DNA of 64,000 nt from a bacterium (GTDB lineage: Bacteria > Verrucomicrobiota > Kiritimatiellia > CAIVKH01): the NCBI GenBank assembly GCA_043802525.1, contig JAZDKY010000075.1:267-64266 (forward strand), read 5' to 3'. The notes below the pieces were generated by a model. It worked only from the letters and a program-made list of their open reading frames with translations, searched no databases and was not told the DNA's origin. Shown here one piece after another: positions 40,646 through 50,546 of this stretch (its first letter is position 1; each line of letters opens with the position of its first letter). The translations under genes and the position numbers were made by a program.

Positions 40646-41161
40646 TCATGCCTCTTCCAACATCGGCCACAACGGCTTCAGATCCTCATCCTCCATCGCC
40701 ATCGCCCGGCAGTGCGGATCCAACTTGATGGCGCGTTGAAGGTGTTCCATGGCCCGGGCGCGACGTCCCTCCTGGCATTCGTAGCAGGCGAGGTTGAACG
40801 CGATCACGGCGACATCCGGAAATCTCTTCTGCGCTTCTTCGAGGATGAACTGTGCCGGTGCGATGCCGTCCGAGCGACGCGTCGCGTACGCGAGTTGGAT
40901 CAGATAGTCCGCCACACCGGGCATGCGATCCGCGAGGGCACGCGCCGCGTCCGCGGCGGATTTCCAGTCCTGTTCCTCAAACGCCAGCCGCATCCGCGCG
41001 TTGAGGTAGAATGGCGATCCCCGCCAAGCCTCGTCGATCCGGTCCAGTTCGGCGCGGGCCCGGGCGGTCATTCGCAGATCGAGAAACCCGTCGGAGCGGC
41101 GCAGGTGCCACTGAACATCTTCCGGGAGCTTACCCAGTTCGGCCTTGAGCTTGTTTTTCAT
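40646..41161 (-). CDS. TPR-repeat protein
   Basis: Helical repeats with TPR-like spacing. ATGA overlap with the upstream ORF. Confidence 0.5.
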   Translation of the reverse strand: MKNKLKAELGKLPEDVQWHLRRSDGFLDLRMTARARAELDRIDEAWRGSPFYLNARMRLAFEEQDWKSAADAARALADRMPGVADYLIQLAYATRRSDGIAPAQFILEEAQKRFPDVAVIAFNLACYECQEGRRARAMEHLQRAIKLDPHCRAMAMEDEDLKPLWPMLEEA

Positions 41162-41484
41162 GGCGCCGGGATCGATTCGACGACGAAATCAATCTGCTCC
41201 GGTGCGATGCCCCGTGCGGCCAGGTTCTCCATGAGCGGCCACCCGGGCCCCAGGCCGTGGAGGTCGATTTCCTTATCCGTGAAATGCGTGGCGGAACCGC
41301 AGCCGGTATCGACCAGGCCGCGCTGGCCGTCGTCGAGTTCGAGCAGGAGCGCGTGGGCGTGCTGCGGGATGCGGTGGCGGTCATCGGGTGGAATCCGCTT
41401 CGCCCAGATCGGCCGGGGCACGAGGCCGAACATGCTGCCGCCGTCGGAGCGGAACGTGGATGCGATAAGCGGCGTAACGCGCAT
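41158..41484 (-). pseudogene. N-terminal fragment (about 108 aa) of an MBL-fold metallo-hydrolase lacking the HxHxDH motif; likely truncated
   Basis: GGSMFGLVPRPIWAKRIPPDD...HALLLELDDGQRGLVDTGCG resembles the MBL N-terminal beta-sheet. The ORF stops before the metal-binding motifs. It overlaps an (ACGCAAG)n-like repeat at 41560-41625. Confidence 0.35.
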
Positions 41485-41797
41485 GAGCGAAGATACAAAA
41501 TCCGGGCCTGTCACCGATGTTTTTTTACCGCAAATCGCACAGCGCGGCAGATCCGCAACCGAAGAGGAAACCGCAAGAAAACGCAAAACACGCAAGAAGG
41601 AATCACGCGAAGAACGCCGAGGCGCCCATCAAGCGGGTTATAGGCCCGCTCGCAACGCATACGCGCCCGCCTGCAGCGCTATGCGAAGCATGGAGGGCAA
41701 GTAGGCGTTTCGGGCGAGGGTGGAGCGCTTATGCCTGCCCTGCGTAATCTTAGCGAAGAGGGGCGTTATCTGCGGTTCACTCTTATCCTGAGGGGCT

Positions 41798-42166
41798 TCA
41801 GGACAGCGACGCGTCCTTCAGCTTGCGTTCGATGTAATGCGACCAGTGGAGCATGTCCACCGGTGGCGTTTCCGTGAATTCCACGCCGACCGAGCAACGC
41901 GTGCCGTGGCCGTTCTGGCGGACCCAGCGCACGCATGCGAGATGCGTAATGGTCTTCAACGGAAACTTCAGCGCGACATGAATCCGGACGAGCGCATCGA
42001 TCGGCAGGTCGCGCTGGTGTTTGAACTGCAATCCGCCGCGGGAAATATTCTCCGTGATGTGGAGAATTCTTTGGGCGCCGTGTGCGGAACCGTTGGCGTG
42101 GTCGACCAGGGTGACCGCGATGCCGAGGTCGTCGTGGACGCGCGGATATTTCCTCTTGTCCAACAT
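41798..42166 (-). CDS. PilZ-domain protein (c-di-GMP binding)
   Basis: RKYPRVHDDLGIAV and ..ENISRGGLQF are the RxxxR and D/NxSxxG PilZ motifs. Confidence 0.7.
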   Translation of the reverse strand: MLDKRKYPRVHDDLGIAVTLVDHANGSAHGAQRILHITENISRGGLQFKHQRDLPIDALVRIHVALKFPLKTITHLACVRWVRQNGHGTRCSVGVEFTETPPVDMLHWSHYIERKLKDASLS

Positions 42167-42588
42167 GGAATCAGTCCCCTTCGGCAGTCGCTTGAAGAAG
42201 CACGGAAACCCACTACGGCACCCCTCTGCTTACGGCGAGATCATAGCAAATCCGCGCCGAGGGTCAATTCTGAGCTCGGAGAGCTCCACCTTGAAAAACG
42301 GGCCATTTTCCTGATCTTTGGTCGCGCTCCCTGCCCGCCGTGCTGCGATCGCCCGAAACGCTACTTGCCAGCCATGCTTCGCACAGCGTTGCAGGCGGGC
42401 TTCCCGACCGTTGTTTTCTGGAGTTTTTCAAGAGTCCCCTGAAATTGTCATTGAATAGCTTTGCCCCTGTATCGAATAATACGCTGTTTAGGAGCGTAGC
42501 GCAATCTGGCGTGCCAGGGCGAAGCGCGTGGAGCAGGAACCGTCCGGCGGAAGGACGATCGACTTGGCGGGATACTGGACATAGCAAT

Positions 42589-42665
42589 CGGAGCGTAGCG
42601 CAGCCTGGTAGCGCGTCAGCCTTGGGCGCTGAAGGTCGAGAGTTCAAATCTCTCCGCTCCGACCA
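42589..42665 (+). tRNA. tRNA-Pro (anticodon TGG)
   Basis: Cloverleaf: acceptor CGGAGCG/CGCUCCG, D-arm GCGC..GCGC, anticodon stem UCAGC/GCUGA with loop CUUGGGC, T-arm GAGAG-UUCAAAU-CUCUC, 3' CCA encoded. 77 nt. Confidence 0.85.
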
Positions 42666-43004
42666 TCCTACGCTCCCTTCGGGAGCTACGGATAGCGCGG
42701 CTCTCCTACGCTCGCGTTGGGAGCTTCCGCCTTCGCCGACAAGCTACGGCGGACAAGTCGGATGACAAGCCATCCTGTAAGATGCGGTGAGAGTTGAACT
42801 TGGCGCCGAAGGCGCCGCCCTTCAGCGGAGCTCGAGACAGGTGGCCGACCGTGTCCCGCCGCCGCTCGTTCTGAGCGAAGGCGGATATTCCTTCTTCGGG
42901 GGGCGCGCGAAATTTATCAAACGACCAGCTTCACCGCCGGTGCCCATGGCTCTTCTCTGAAACCGTGCCGGATACGCCGTACGAGCGCTGGTTGGGGCCC
43001 GCAG

Positions 43005-43289
43005 CTACAGAGAGAGGACAAGTCGCAAGCCGTCATCCACTTGCTGCATTTGTAGCGCGGATAATTTGCCCGATTGCTCGACAAGAAACTCTTTATCGAT
43101 CGTCACAATTTGGGAAACGCTTGCGACAGAATCTTTTGGAAGGCCTGTGCCTTTTGCTTTGATCAGCACATTCCCGGGTGCGTCAGCCAGCGCAAGGGTG
43201 TAGAGTTTGCTTCGGGTGAGGCCGAGTCTGCGGGCAACTTGTTCGGCAGCCTCGAAGAGGTTGTTCGGCACTGAAATGGCGGTCTTCAT
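43005..43289 (-). pseudogene. Degenerate MazE-MazF (PemI/PemK-type) toxin-antitoxin remnant; antitoxin N-terminus fused in-frame to toxin C-terminus
   Basis: MKTAISVPNNLFEAAEQVARRLGLTRSKLYTLALA is an AbrB/MazE-like antitoxin. It runs directly into GLPKDSVASVSQIVTIDKEFLVEQSGKLSALQMQQVDDGLRLVL, a MazF/PemK C-terminal half. The toxin N-terminal half is absent. Confidence 0.6.
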
Positions 43290-43434
43290 GCAGGGGAGTA
43301 TAACCGTAGTTATACCTTTGTCAAAAGCCCCAGCGATGGTATTGGGCGGCAAACTGAACCAGTACCGGTCAGCCAAACGGCTTGTCTCCCCGGGCCCCCA
43401 TAGCCTAGAGTCCGCAGGCATTTTCGGGGAAACC

Positions 43435-44472
43435 ATGTCACAGGAAACATTTGGAAGAATCCTGCTGGGTACGGCCGACGATCTCGGCCGGGCTCATGCG
43501 CGTTGGCAGCAACAGGCGGTCGATTGGGACCTCACCAACGGGCATTCACCTGCTCCGGCGCACCGCCAGCGGACGATCGCACGGCCCGTGTCCGTGGCTG
43601 GCCCGGGCACCTTCCTCGGCAAGGCGACCCGGACCCTTCGCTTCGAGCCGACCAACGAGCCGGGCTGGTGGTTCAGCCGCGAGGACCTGGGCGGCGATTG
43701 CCTTCCCGTGGCCGGATCCATCCGCAATGTGTGGACGATCGGCGATGTGGTCAGCAACATCGTCCTGCGCAGCGGACATCCGAGCAACTACATCCGTATG
43801 GTCGAGCATGTCATTGCGCTACGGCTCGGACTGGGCATCGACAACCTCATGATCCGCATGGAGTCCGGCGACCCGCCGCTGTTCAAACGGGGGAGTCTCG
43901 ACCTGATCGACGCGCTCGAGGGCGCGGGCATCGTCGAGCAGGACCTGCCGGTCAACTACTTCACCGTGAAGGAAAAAGTCAGCGTCGTCACGCCGTCGGG
44001 CAGTTTCCTGATCCTCTCTCCGTGTCGTCCCGGGGAGCTCGTGCTGAACCTCGACTGCGCGGTCGATTTCCCGACCGCCATCGGCAGGCAACGCATCCGT
44101 TTTCCGCTCACGCTCGAGCATTTCAAATACGGCGCGGAAGCGCGCACCAATACGTCGTTTGCCAAGATGCTGTTCTGCAAAACGATCGGCAAACTTTTCG
44201 CGGACATCCGCAACCTTGGCTACACGATGGACAACATTCTCGTCGCGGGCAAATCCGGCTACCTGAACGAGGCGAGACTCGTTCACGACGGGAAATCGCT
44301 CGAGGCGGTCTGGCACCGCGCGGTGCTCGACCTCGTGGCCGCGCTGGCCCTGGTCGAAAACGGGCGGTTTGCCGGTGACGTCGTTTCCTACTGCGCCGGC
44401 CACGGCCTCGACTGCCACATGGTGCGCCTGCTGTACAAGCACAACCTGCTGCAGCGCGTCGCGCCGGCTTGA
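43435..44472 (+). CDS. lpxC: UDP-3-O-acyl-N-acetylglucosamine deacetylase family protein (LpxC-like)
   Basis: KQRTIARPVSVAGPGTFLG..., VEHVIALRLGLGIDN (cf. LpxC TVEHLLAAL.GLGIDN), AGKSGYLNEARL. Confidence 0.65.
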   Translation: MSQETFGRILLGTADDLGRAHARWQQQAVDWDLTNGHSPAPAHRQRTIARPVSVAGPGTFLGKATRTLRFEPTNEPGWWFSREDLGGDCLPVAGSIRNVWTIGDVVSNIVLRSGHPSNYIRMVEHVIALRLGLGIDNLMIRMESGDPPLFKRGSLDLIDALEGAGIVEQDLPVNYFTVKEKVSVVTPSGSFLILSPCRPGELVLNLDCAVDFPTAIGRQRIRFPLTLEHFKYGAEARTNTSFAKMLFCKTIGKLFADIRNLGYTMDNILVAGKSGYLNEARLVHDGKSLEAVWHRAVLDLVAALALVENGRFAGDVVSYCAGHGLDCHMVRLLYKHNLLQRVAPA

Positions 44473-44856
44473 TATGGAGTGCGGCGGCTTGCCGCCGCCA
44501 TGTTGGGCGCAGCTTGCTGCGCCTTGACAAGGCGCAGGCAAGTCGTGGCGAAGCCCGATCAGGGCTCACGCGTGACCTGCGCACTCCATGACAACGAATT
44601 TCTCACACGTTCCTTGCGCGAGTCGGTTTGACTTGCTGCATGACGCATTCCTCCGAAACCGATGCCCTGATGTACCGCGCCATCTGGATCTCCGATGTCC
44701 ACATCGGCTCGCCGTCCTGCCGGTCAGGTCGTTTGAGATCTCGTACGCGAGGGAAAAATCGGACGCCGAAAGCCGCGTGGCCACGGCGAAGTTCAAGCAC
44801 TGAGAAATGCATGGGAAAGGGACAGAAGGGACGTAATGGACGCAAGGGATTGGATA

Positions 44857-45285
44857 TTACTTGTTCCTTTGCGCTAGTCGTGCCTTGGTCATGCGCTCGC
44901 GGAGGCCGCCATCCTGGACGAAATTCTTTTCCAAGGCTGCGATCTGCCGGTCCAGGAGTGTGTTGGTGACCTTGATGAGGCCGAGAATGACATTCGAGCA
45001 GATCGCGGGATCCTCATGCTCAATGCCCTTCTTGAAGGTTCCGTAGTTGGCGCCATCGGTTCGGCAAAGCTTCGAGAGGCGTTTCGCATAACGATGCGTC
45101 TTTGGCCACGCCTCTATCCCGCGCGGCCTCATAAAATCGAGATAGTCGTTGAGGAGTTCCTCGAGACTGCCCCGCGCGACGTTGGTGAGTTTCAGTTCAA
45201 ACTCTTTCGAGGTTCCTGAAACCTGGCTGCCCTCCGCGATATTCTGTTTTCCAGACCTCGCAGCTTGAACCCGCCTTCGCCAAGG
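44857..45285 (-). pseudogene. N-terminally truncated four-helix-bundle (TIGR02436-like) gene with C-terminal suffix domain; no start codon upstream of the NIAEG motif
   Basis: The open frame reads ...SGKQNIAEGSQVSGTSKEFELKLTNVARGSLEELLNDYLDFMRPRGIEAWPK... The frame opens just after a TAG at 45286-45288 with no ATG before NIAEG. It is flanked by inverted GGGAC-type short repeats (44805-44850; 45437-45475). Confidence 0.55.
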
Positions 45286-45471
45286 CTACGGCGGGCAAGC
45301 CATCTGATCATGGGTCCGGCTCCGTTTGTCGATGAACCGGTCACAGAAATAGACCGTGGCATCATAGACAATCTCAGCCTTCTGAAACGAAAGCAGATCA
45401 CGATAGCCACCATGTGGCGGAATGAAGCGCTCAGTCACTTAGGTCCCTTCAGTCCCTTTCGTCCCTTCTTT

Positions 45472-46590
45472 TTACGGCAGGAACTTCCCTTTCTTCAGTT
45501 TCTCGGGCAGGTAGTGGTCCAAAACGAAATTCAGGCCGTGTTTGGCGAAGGCCTGCTGCTCGATGCGGACGCCGAGCTTGAGCATATGCTCGAGGGCGTG
45601 CTGCCATTCCTTGTGGTGCCGGATGAAGGGGTCGTTCTTCAGCGCGTCCTTCGCGCGTTTGATGTCGGCTTCTTCGAGCGGGTGTGTCGCATCCTCGAGT
45701 TTGTAGTCCGCGATGTCCTGCGGTGTGACACCGAGGTAGTGGACCTGCGGCACGCAGAAGAACCGGTTGATGTGCGCGGCCTGGCCGGAGCCGACCTTCA
45801 GCGTGCGGTAGATGTTGCAGTAGCCGTACGGGTCGCCGTCGGTGAAGGCCAGCACCGGCACCTTCTGGTCGTCCGCCAGCCGGCGGATGAAACGCCTGCA
45901 CGCGCGGGTCGGCACACCGCTCATCGAAATGAGAATGCAATTTGCCTTCTCATAATATCGGTGATGGACGAGGCGCTGGAAGAGCGACGCGGTCTCGACG
46001 GTGAGGATGAGCTTGGCCTTCGTCTGGAACCGCAGGTGCTCGACCCGCGAGGGGATGCTCCACGCGCCCGTGCCGAGCTTCGTGCAGTCGATCTTGATGT
46101 CCTTGCCCGTGGCGGGATCGCGGTCGATGACGACAAGCGGCCCGCACACGTCGCCGCCGCGCTCCTCGGGAATGTAGCCGAGCTGCTCGCGGTTGATCCC
46201 GAGCATCGCCTCGATGTCGTCCAGCAGCGTGTCGCTCTCCGGCTGCTCGTTGAACCGGCACTCACCCCAGCTCTTGCTGTTGTAATAAATCTCGCGCTTC
46301 CCCGCGATGTCGTCCTTGTCGAGCAGGTCGTTCTTCGTCGTCGACAGGAGCCGCATCGACTGCGCGAACGTCTTGACCGTGTTGTACGAGAGCGTCCGCG
46401 TCGCGACCTTGTTGAGGATCTCGAAATGCCCGCGCTTCGTGTCGTACTTCACGTTCGCGAGCGAGCGGATCGGGAACCGCATCGACGGCTTCCGTTTCTT
46501 CTTGATGATGTCGGTGTGGATATCGCCCGCCACGTCGACGATCTTCCTGGACGCGGCCTGCTTGGAAATGACTTCGGGTGCTTCAGCCAT
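45472..46590 (-). CDS. top6A: DNA topoisomerase VI subunit A (Spo11/Top6A)
   Basis: Catalytic-Tyr region GKREIYYNSK. Toprim E in LILTVETASLFQRL. DxD in VLAFTDGDPYGYCNIY. RBS AGGAGT; start MAEAPEV. Confidence 0.8.
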   Translation of the reverse strand: MAEAPEVISKQAASRKIVDVAGDIHTDIIKKKRKPSMRFPIRSLANVKYDTKRGHFEILNKVATRTLSYNTVKTFAQSMRLLSTTKNDLLDKDDIAGKREIYYNSKSWGECRFNEQPESDTLLDDIEAMLGINREQLGYIPEERGGDVCGPLVVIDRDPATGKDIKIDCTKLGTGAWSIPSRVEHLRFQTKAKLILTVETASLFQRLVHHRYYEKANCILISMSGVPTRACRRFIRRLADDQKVPVLAFTDGDPYGYCNIYRTLKVGSGQAAHINRFFCVPQVHYLGVTPQDIADYKLEDATHPLEEADIKRAKDALKNDPFIRHHKEWQHALEHMLKLGVRIEQQAFAKHGLNFVLDHYLPEKLKKGKFLP

Positions 46591-46609
46591 GGTATTACTC
46601 CTGATTTTT

Positions 46610-46740
46610 GACCGCAGAGGACCCGCCTTCGCCAATGACTACGGCGAGGCAAGCGCAGAGGCGCGCGGAGGTTCGGAAGTTCTCGGAAAACCTCTGCGCA
46701 TCTCTGCGTCCTCTGCGGTTCAATTCTCCCCCATTCAACC
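46610..46740. repeat. MITE-like element with (CTCTGCG)n / CGCAGAGG inverted termini and core CCCGCCTTCGCCAATGACTACGGCGAGGCAAGC
   Basis: The core motif CCGCCTTCGCC..CTACGGCG..CAAGC recurs at 42725-42780 and 45262-45300. The right arm recurs at 57990-58030. Confidence 0.55.
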
Positions 46741-46754
46741 AACCAAGCGCAAGA

Positions 46755-47543
46755 CTAGGAACAGGTCAGGCGGACTCCGAAGTAGGTGAAATTCACTTCG
46801 GGGTTGGTCTGCAACCGGGCGAACTCCCGCATCAGGTCGGTCTTGTCGTGTTCCGTGACATAGCCTTTGCTCATCAGGTTGTCCGCGCCGGACAGCAGCA
46901 GGGCATCGAGATAGTCGAGCCAGATGCGGCGCCGCTCCGGCTCGCGCCGCGTGTCGATGATCCGCGCCGGGGCGGCGCGAATCTCCCGCGCACCCGCGCG
47001 GCGCGCGAGGTCCTCTAGTTTCGGGCCGACGAACGGATCGCCGCCTGCTTCCTGCTGGAAGCGGTTGAACCGCGACCACCAGTCCGTGATGACGGCGCTT
47101 GGCGGATCAAACCGGAACGTGTTGTTGTCCACTTCCGTGCAGACCAGTTTCCCGCCCGGCTTCAGCACGCGCAGCGCCTCGCGCATCACGGTGACAGGAT
47201 CGGAAACGTGCTCGAGCATCCAGATCGTGATGACGCGGTCGAATGACGCGCCTGCGAACGGCAGGGCTGTCGCATCGCCCTGCATCAGGCTGATCGAGTC
47301 CGGCAGGCGCGCATGTCCCGCTGCGAGGTGGTCCGCGCTCCGGTCGAGGCCCGTCAGCTTCACGCCCGGCCAGCGCTCGCGGATGATGTCGAGTTCCGCG
47401 CCGACGCCGCACCCGATCTCGAGCAGGCTTGCCACGCCGGCCAGATCCCAGCCATCAAGAACGCCCGGCGCAAGAATCCTTGCCTGCGCGAAGAGCCGTT
47501 CCTGTTCGGCCTTTGAAAACCCATGGATGTAGTGTTCAGTCAT
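46755..47543 (-). CDS. Class I SAM-dependent methyltransferase
   Basis: Motif I LEIGCGVGAEL. Motif post-I/II DRVITIWMLEHV...LKPGGKLV. Confidence 0.8.
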   Translation of the reverse strand: MTEHYIHGFSKAEQERLFAQARILAPGVLDGWDLAGVASLLEIGCGVGAELDIIRERWPGVKLTGLDRSADHLAAGHARLPDSISLMQGDATALPFAGASFDRVITIWMLEHVSDPVTVMREALRVLKPGGKLVCTEVDNNTFRFDPPSAVITDWWSRFNRFQQEAGGDPFVGPKLEDLARRAGAREIRAAPARIIDTRREPERRRIWLDYLDALLLSGADNLMSKGYVTEHDKTDLMREFARLQTNPEVNFTYFGVRLTCS

Positions 47544-47870
47544 CTCTTAATCGTAATCTTAATCGTACTCGTAATCGTAATCATGATTAGCGCTCGTCGC
47601 CGGTCACATACGCAGCACCGTCCTCGTGCACCCGCCATGCCGAATTGCTCCTGATCAAGCCGGCCGGCATGGAAACAACGGCAAGGAGTCTTTATTCCCC
47701 TCGTGCAACGAGTTCAATGCAGGGGTTGTAGATATTCAGTTTCTCGTGGTCGAAGAGCTGTAGCATGAGGGGTGCTTCTGATGTGATTACGATTAGGATT
47801 AGGATTACGATTACGATTACGATTACGATTACGATTACGATTAGGATTGGGGCCGAGATTAGGATTATGA
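47541..47870. mobile_element. Hexanucleotide-repeat-armed element (left arm (CGTAAT/CTTAAT)n 47545-47585; right arm (GATTAC/GATTAG)n 47775-47862) enclosing a deleted four-helix-bundle gene remnant (47692-47769, minus strand, MLQLFDHEKLNIYNPCIELVARGE*)
   Basis: The arms are inverted tandem hexamers. The internal sequence CGTCCTCGTGCACCCGCCATGCCGAATTGCTCCTGATCAAGCC... aligns with the 55576-55650 junction of the intact copy. The remnant N-terminus aligns with MNSKPLFDHEKLEVYQLSIEF of the 55587-55982 gene. Confidence 0.6.
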
Positions 47871-47934
47871 GCGGAAGAAGTCCCGCAAAGTCCAGTTTGA
47901 TGTATTTGGAGTGTCGCGATATGGTGCTCCGCAC

Positions 47935-48588
47935 ATGGACAACCTGCGTGACCTGATCGCCAACAATCGGTCCTGGGCTGCGAAGATGGTGGGCGCCGAC
48001 CCGTGCTTTTTCACCCGGCTTGTGCGCCAGCAGTCGCCGAAGTACCTCTGGATCGGCTGCTCGGACAGCCGCGTGCCCGCGAACGAGATCGTCGACCTCG
48101 ATCCTGGCGAGCTGTTTGTTCACCGCAACGTTGCCAACATCGTTGTCCATACGGACCTCAATTGCCTGTCGGTCATCCAGTACGCGGTTGACGTGTTGAA
48201 GGTGGAGCACGTCATGGTGTGCGGGCACTACGGTTGCGGCGGCGTGCAGGCCGCGCTGCTCGACAGCAAGCTGGGCTTGATCGACAACTGGCTCCGGCAC
48301 GTCCGGGATGTGATGGACAAGAACGCCGCCGTGCTGGCCAACGTGCCGGACGAACGTCGCCGCATTGACAAGCTTTGCGAACTCAACGTGATCGAACAGG
48401 TTCTGAACGTCTGCGAGACCACCATCGTCCAGGCCGCGTGGGGCCGCGGGCAGAAGCTCGCCGTCCACGGCTGGATCTACGGCCTCGCAGATGGGTTGGT
48501 GCGGGATCTTGGAATGAGCTGTCGCGGTGAGTTGGAACGTGTTCCGGCCTACCACGCCGCCGTGGCCGCAGCGGCCGGCGGCGCCTGA
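47935..48588 (+). CDS. Beta-class carbonic anhydrase
   Basis: CSDSRVP, HRNVANIV, HVMVCGHYGCGG are the Zn-ligand motifs of beta-CA. Confidence 0.85.
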   Translation: MDNLRDLIANNRSWAAKMVGADPCFFTRLVRQQSPKYLWIGCSDSRVPANEIVDLDPGELFVHRNVANIVVHTDLNCLSVIQYAVDVLKVEHVMVCGHYGCGGVQAALLDSKLGLIDNWLRHVRDVMDKNAAVLANVPDERRRIDKLCELNVIEQVLNVCETTIVQAAWGRGQKLAVHGWIYGLADGLVRDLGMSCRGELERVPAYHAAVAAAAGGA

Positions 48589-48850
48589 ATGTTGCGCGAA
48601 GCCGGTGAAACTGTCGGAATTCATTACAAGTTTACACTTTCGCCCTTCCGCGCAGTGGTTGACCTGTCGAAAAGAATCACCTCTTATAACTTCCAAGGGA
48701 GCGGGTTACGGAAAGACGCATGAAAACGGTAGCCCGGTGGTGTGATATCTGCTGGCTGTGGCGCCGAGTCTATGCGTGCCATTGATGTGCGTTTGACGGA
48801 TCAAGCAATCTCAACATGAGGAACGAACCATGAGAGCCTACGGGAAGACC

Positions 48851-49504
48851 ATGCGGCTGATACCCTGCATCATCGCCATGCTAGCCATCGCCACTGTGCC
48901 GGCCATGGGCATTCCATGGATCAACGAATTCCATTATGACAACGTCAGCACCGACGTCGGCGAGTTTATTGAAATCGCCGGCGAGGCGGGGACGGACCTG
49001 TCGGATTACACCCTCTACCTTTACAACGGCACGGGCGGCGCGGTCTACGACACGCTCGCCCTCTCCGGTGTGTTGGCCGACCAGCAGAATGGGTTTGGCA
49101 CGCTGGCGTTCGATTATCCTGTGAACGGCATTCAAAACGGACCGTCGGATGGTTTCGCCCTTTTCGACAGTGACTCAGCGACGGTGATCCAGTTCCTCAG
49201 CTACGAGGGGTCGTTTACGGCAGTGGATGGCGTGGCCATCGGTCTCACCAGTACGGATGTTGGGATTGCCGAAACGACGCCAACTCCCGTCGGTCATTCG
49301 ATGCAACTCACGGGCACCGGAAGTCATGCGAGCGATTTCACCTGGTCGGGTCCCTTGGCGGCGACGAAGAACGGCGTCAATGCAGACCAGCAGTTCACAT
49401 GCGTGTCGGTCCCGGATTTCACGCCGACCTTGGGCATCCTCCTGCTCGCGTTGGCGGGGATGAGCGCGTTTCGCAGGCTCCCGGCAGGCTCACGCAGCGG
49501 TTGA
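48851..49504 (+). CDS. Secreted lamin-tail-domain (LTD) protein with a PEP-CTERM-like C-terminal anchor
   Basis: Signal peptide. INEFHYDNVSTDVGEFIEIAG..DLSDYTLYLYNG is LTD-like. C-terminal VPDFTPTLGILLLALAGMSAFRRL resembles a PEP-CTERM sorting signal. Confidence 0.55.
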   Translation: MRLIPCIIAMLAIATVPAMGIPWINEFHYDNVSTDVGEFIEIAGEAGTDLSDYTLYLYNGTGGAVYDTLALSGVLADQQNGFGTLAFDYPVNGIQNGPSDGFALFDSDSATVIQFLSYEGSFTAVDGVAIGLTSTDVGIAETTPTPVGHSMQLTGTGSHASDFTWSGPLAATKNGVNADQQFTCVSVPDFTPTLGILLLALAGMSAFRRLPAGSRSG

Positions 49505-49689
49505 CGCGAAGTCTGCTCCGCTGCCCCCGTCACTCATCTCATCGGTCCGTTGCGCTCCTGGGCCGTTGCCGTTGCCGGGCCTGCGAGCAGGCGAACCACG
49601 AGGGGCCCATGCGCCCGGTCGTTCTCGGTTTGCGTTGCGCCCTGATGGCGGTCATATTTCCTCAGGAGCGCCTGCGAGAGGAGGCGGTT

Positions 49690-50502
49690 GTGTCCCACAA
49701 GAACCACGACAAAGACGATGCGCACAAAGGGCTGCGCAAAAAGGATTACGAGAAGGAGTTGGCCAAGCTTCAACTCGAGCTGGTCAAGTTGCACGAATGG
49801 GTGCGGCACAAAGGCATGAAAATCGTTGTCCTCTTCGAGGGACGCGATGCCGCGGGCAAGGGCGGCGTGATCAAGCGGATCAGCCAGCCCCTCAACCCTC
49901 GCGTCTGCCGCGTCGTCGCGCTTGGCGTGCCGACGGAGCGTGAAAAGACGCAGTGGTATTTCCAGCGCTACGTGCAGCATCTTCCCGCTGCGGGCGAGAT
50001 GGTGTTGTTCGACCGCAGCTGGTACAACCGCGCGGGCGTCGAACGCGTCATGGGTTTCTGCACCGAGGAGGAATACCAGGAATTCCTGCGGGCCTGCCCC
50101 GAGTTCGAGCGGATGCTCATCCGTTCCGGCGTCATCCTTATCAAGTACTGGTTCTCCGTCAGCGACGAGGAGCAGGAGCAACGGTTCCAGGCCCGCATGG
50201 AAGACCCGACGAAACATTGGAAGCTGAGCCCGATGGATGTGCAGTCGCGCTCGCGATGGATCGACTACTCCAGGGCCAAGGACGTGATGTTCGCACACAC
50301 GGACACGAAACTCTCGCCCTGGTTCGTGGTGGAGGCCGACTGCAAGCGGCGCGCGCGGCTGAACTGCATTGCCCACCTGCTGAGCATGATTCCGTACAAG
50401 GACGTGACGCCGGTGCCGATCAAGCTTCCGCCCCGCCAGCCGCGCAAGGGTTACGAACGCCCGCCAAAGTCGGATCAGACCTACGTGCCCGAGAAATACT
50501 GA
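49690..50502 (+). CDS. ppk2: Polyphosphate kinase 2 (start assumed GTG with RBS GAGGAGG; alternative ATGs at 49609 or 49645)
   Basis: LELVKLHEWV..KIVVLFEGRDAAGKGG (Walker A), FDRSWYNRAGVERV, the lid-loop region and the overall PPK2 length. Confidence 0.8.
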   Translation: MSHKNHDKDDAHKGLRKKDYEKELAKLQLELVKLHEWVRHKGMKIVVLFEGRDAAGKGGVIKRISQPLNPRVCRVVALGVPTEREKTQWYFQRYVQHLPAAGEMVLFDRSWYNRAGVERVMGFCTEEEYQEFLRACPEFERMLIRSGVILIKYWFSVSDEEQEQRFQARMEDPTKHWKLSPMDVQSRSRWIDYSRAKDVMFAHTDTKLSPWFVVEADCKRRARLNCIAHLLSMIPYKDVTPVPIKLPPRQPRKGYERPPKSDQTYVPEKY

Positions 50503-50546
50503 TCAGAAACTTCAACCGTGGTTCAATTCTTCCTTCGGAACTCCAT

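Noticed and set aside
47692-48696. 334-aa minus-strand ORF
   Set aside because: It is antisense to the well-supported beta-carbonic anhydrase and reads through the hexamer array (VIVIVIVI). Only its last 24 codons correspond to a real four-helix-bundle gene remnant.
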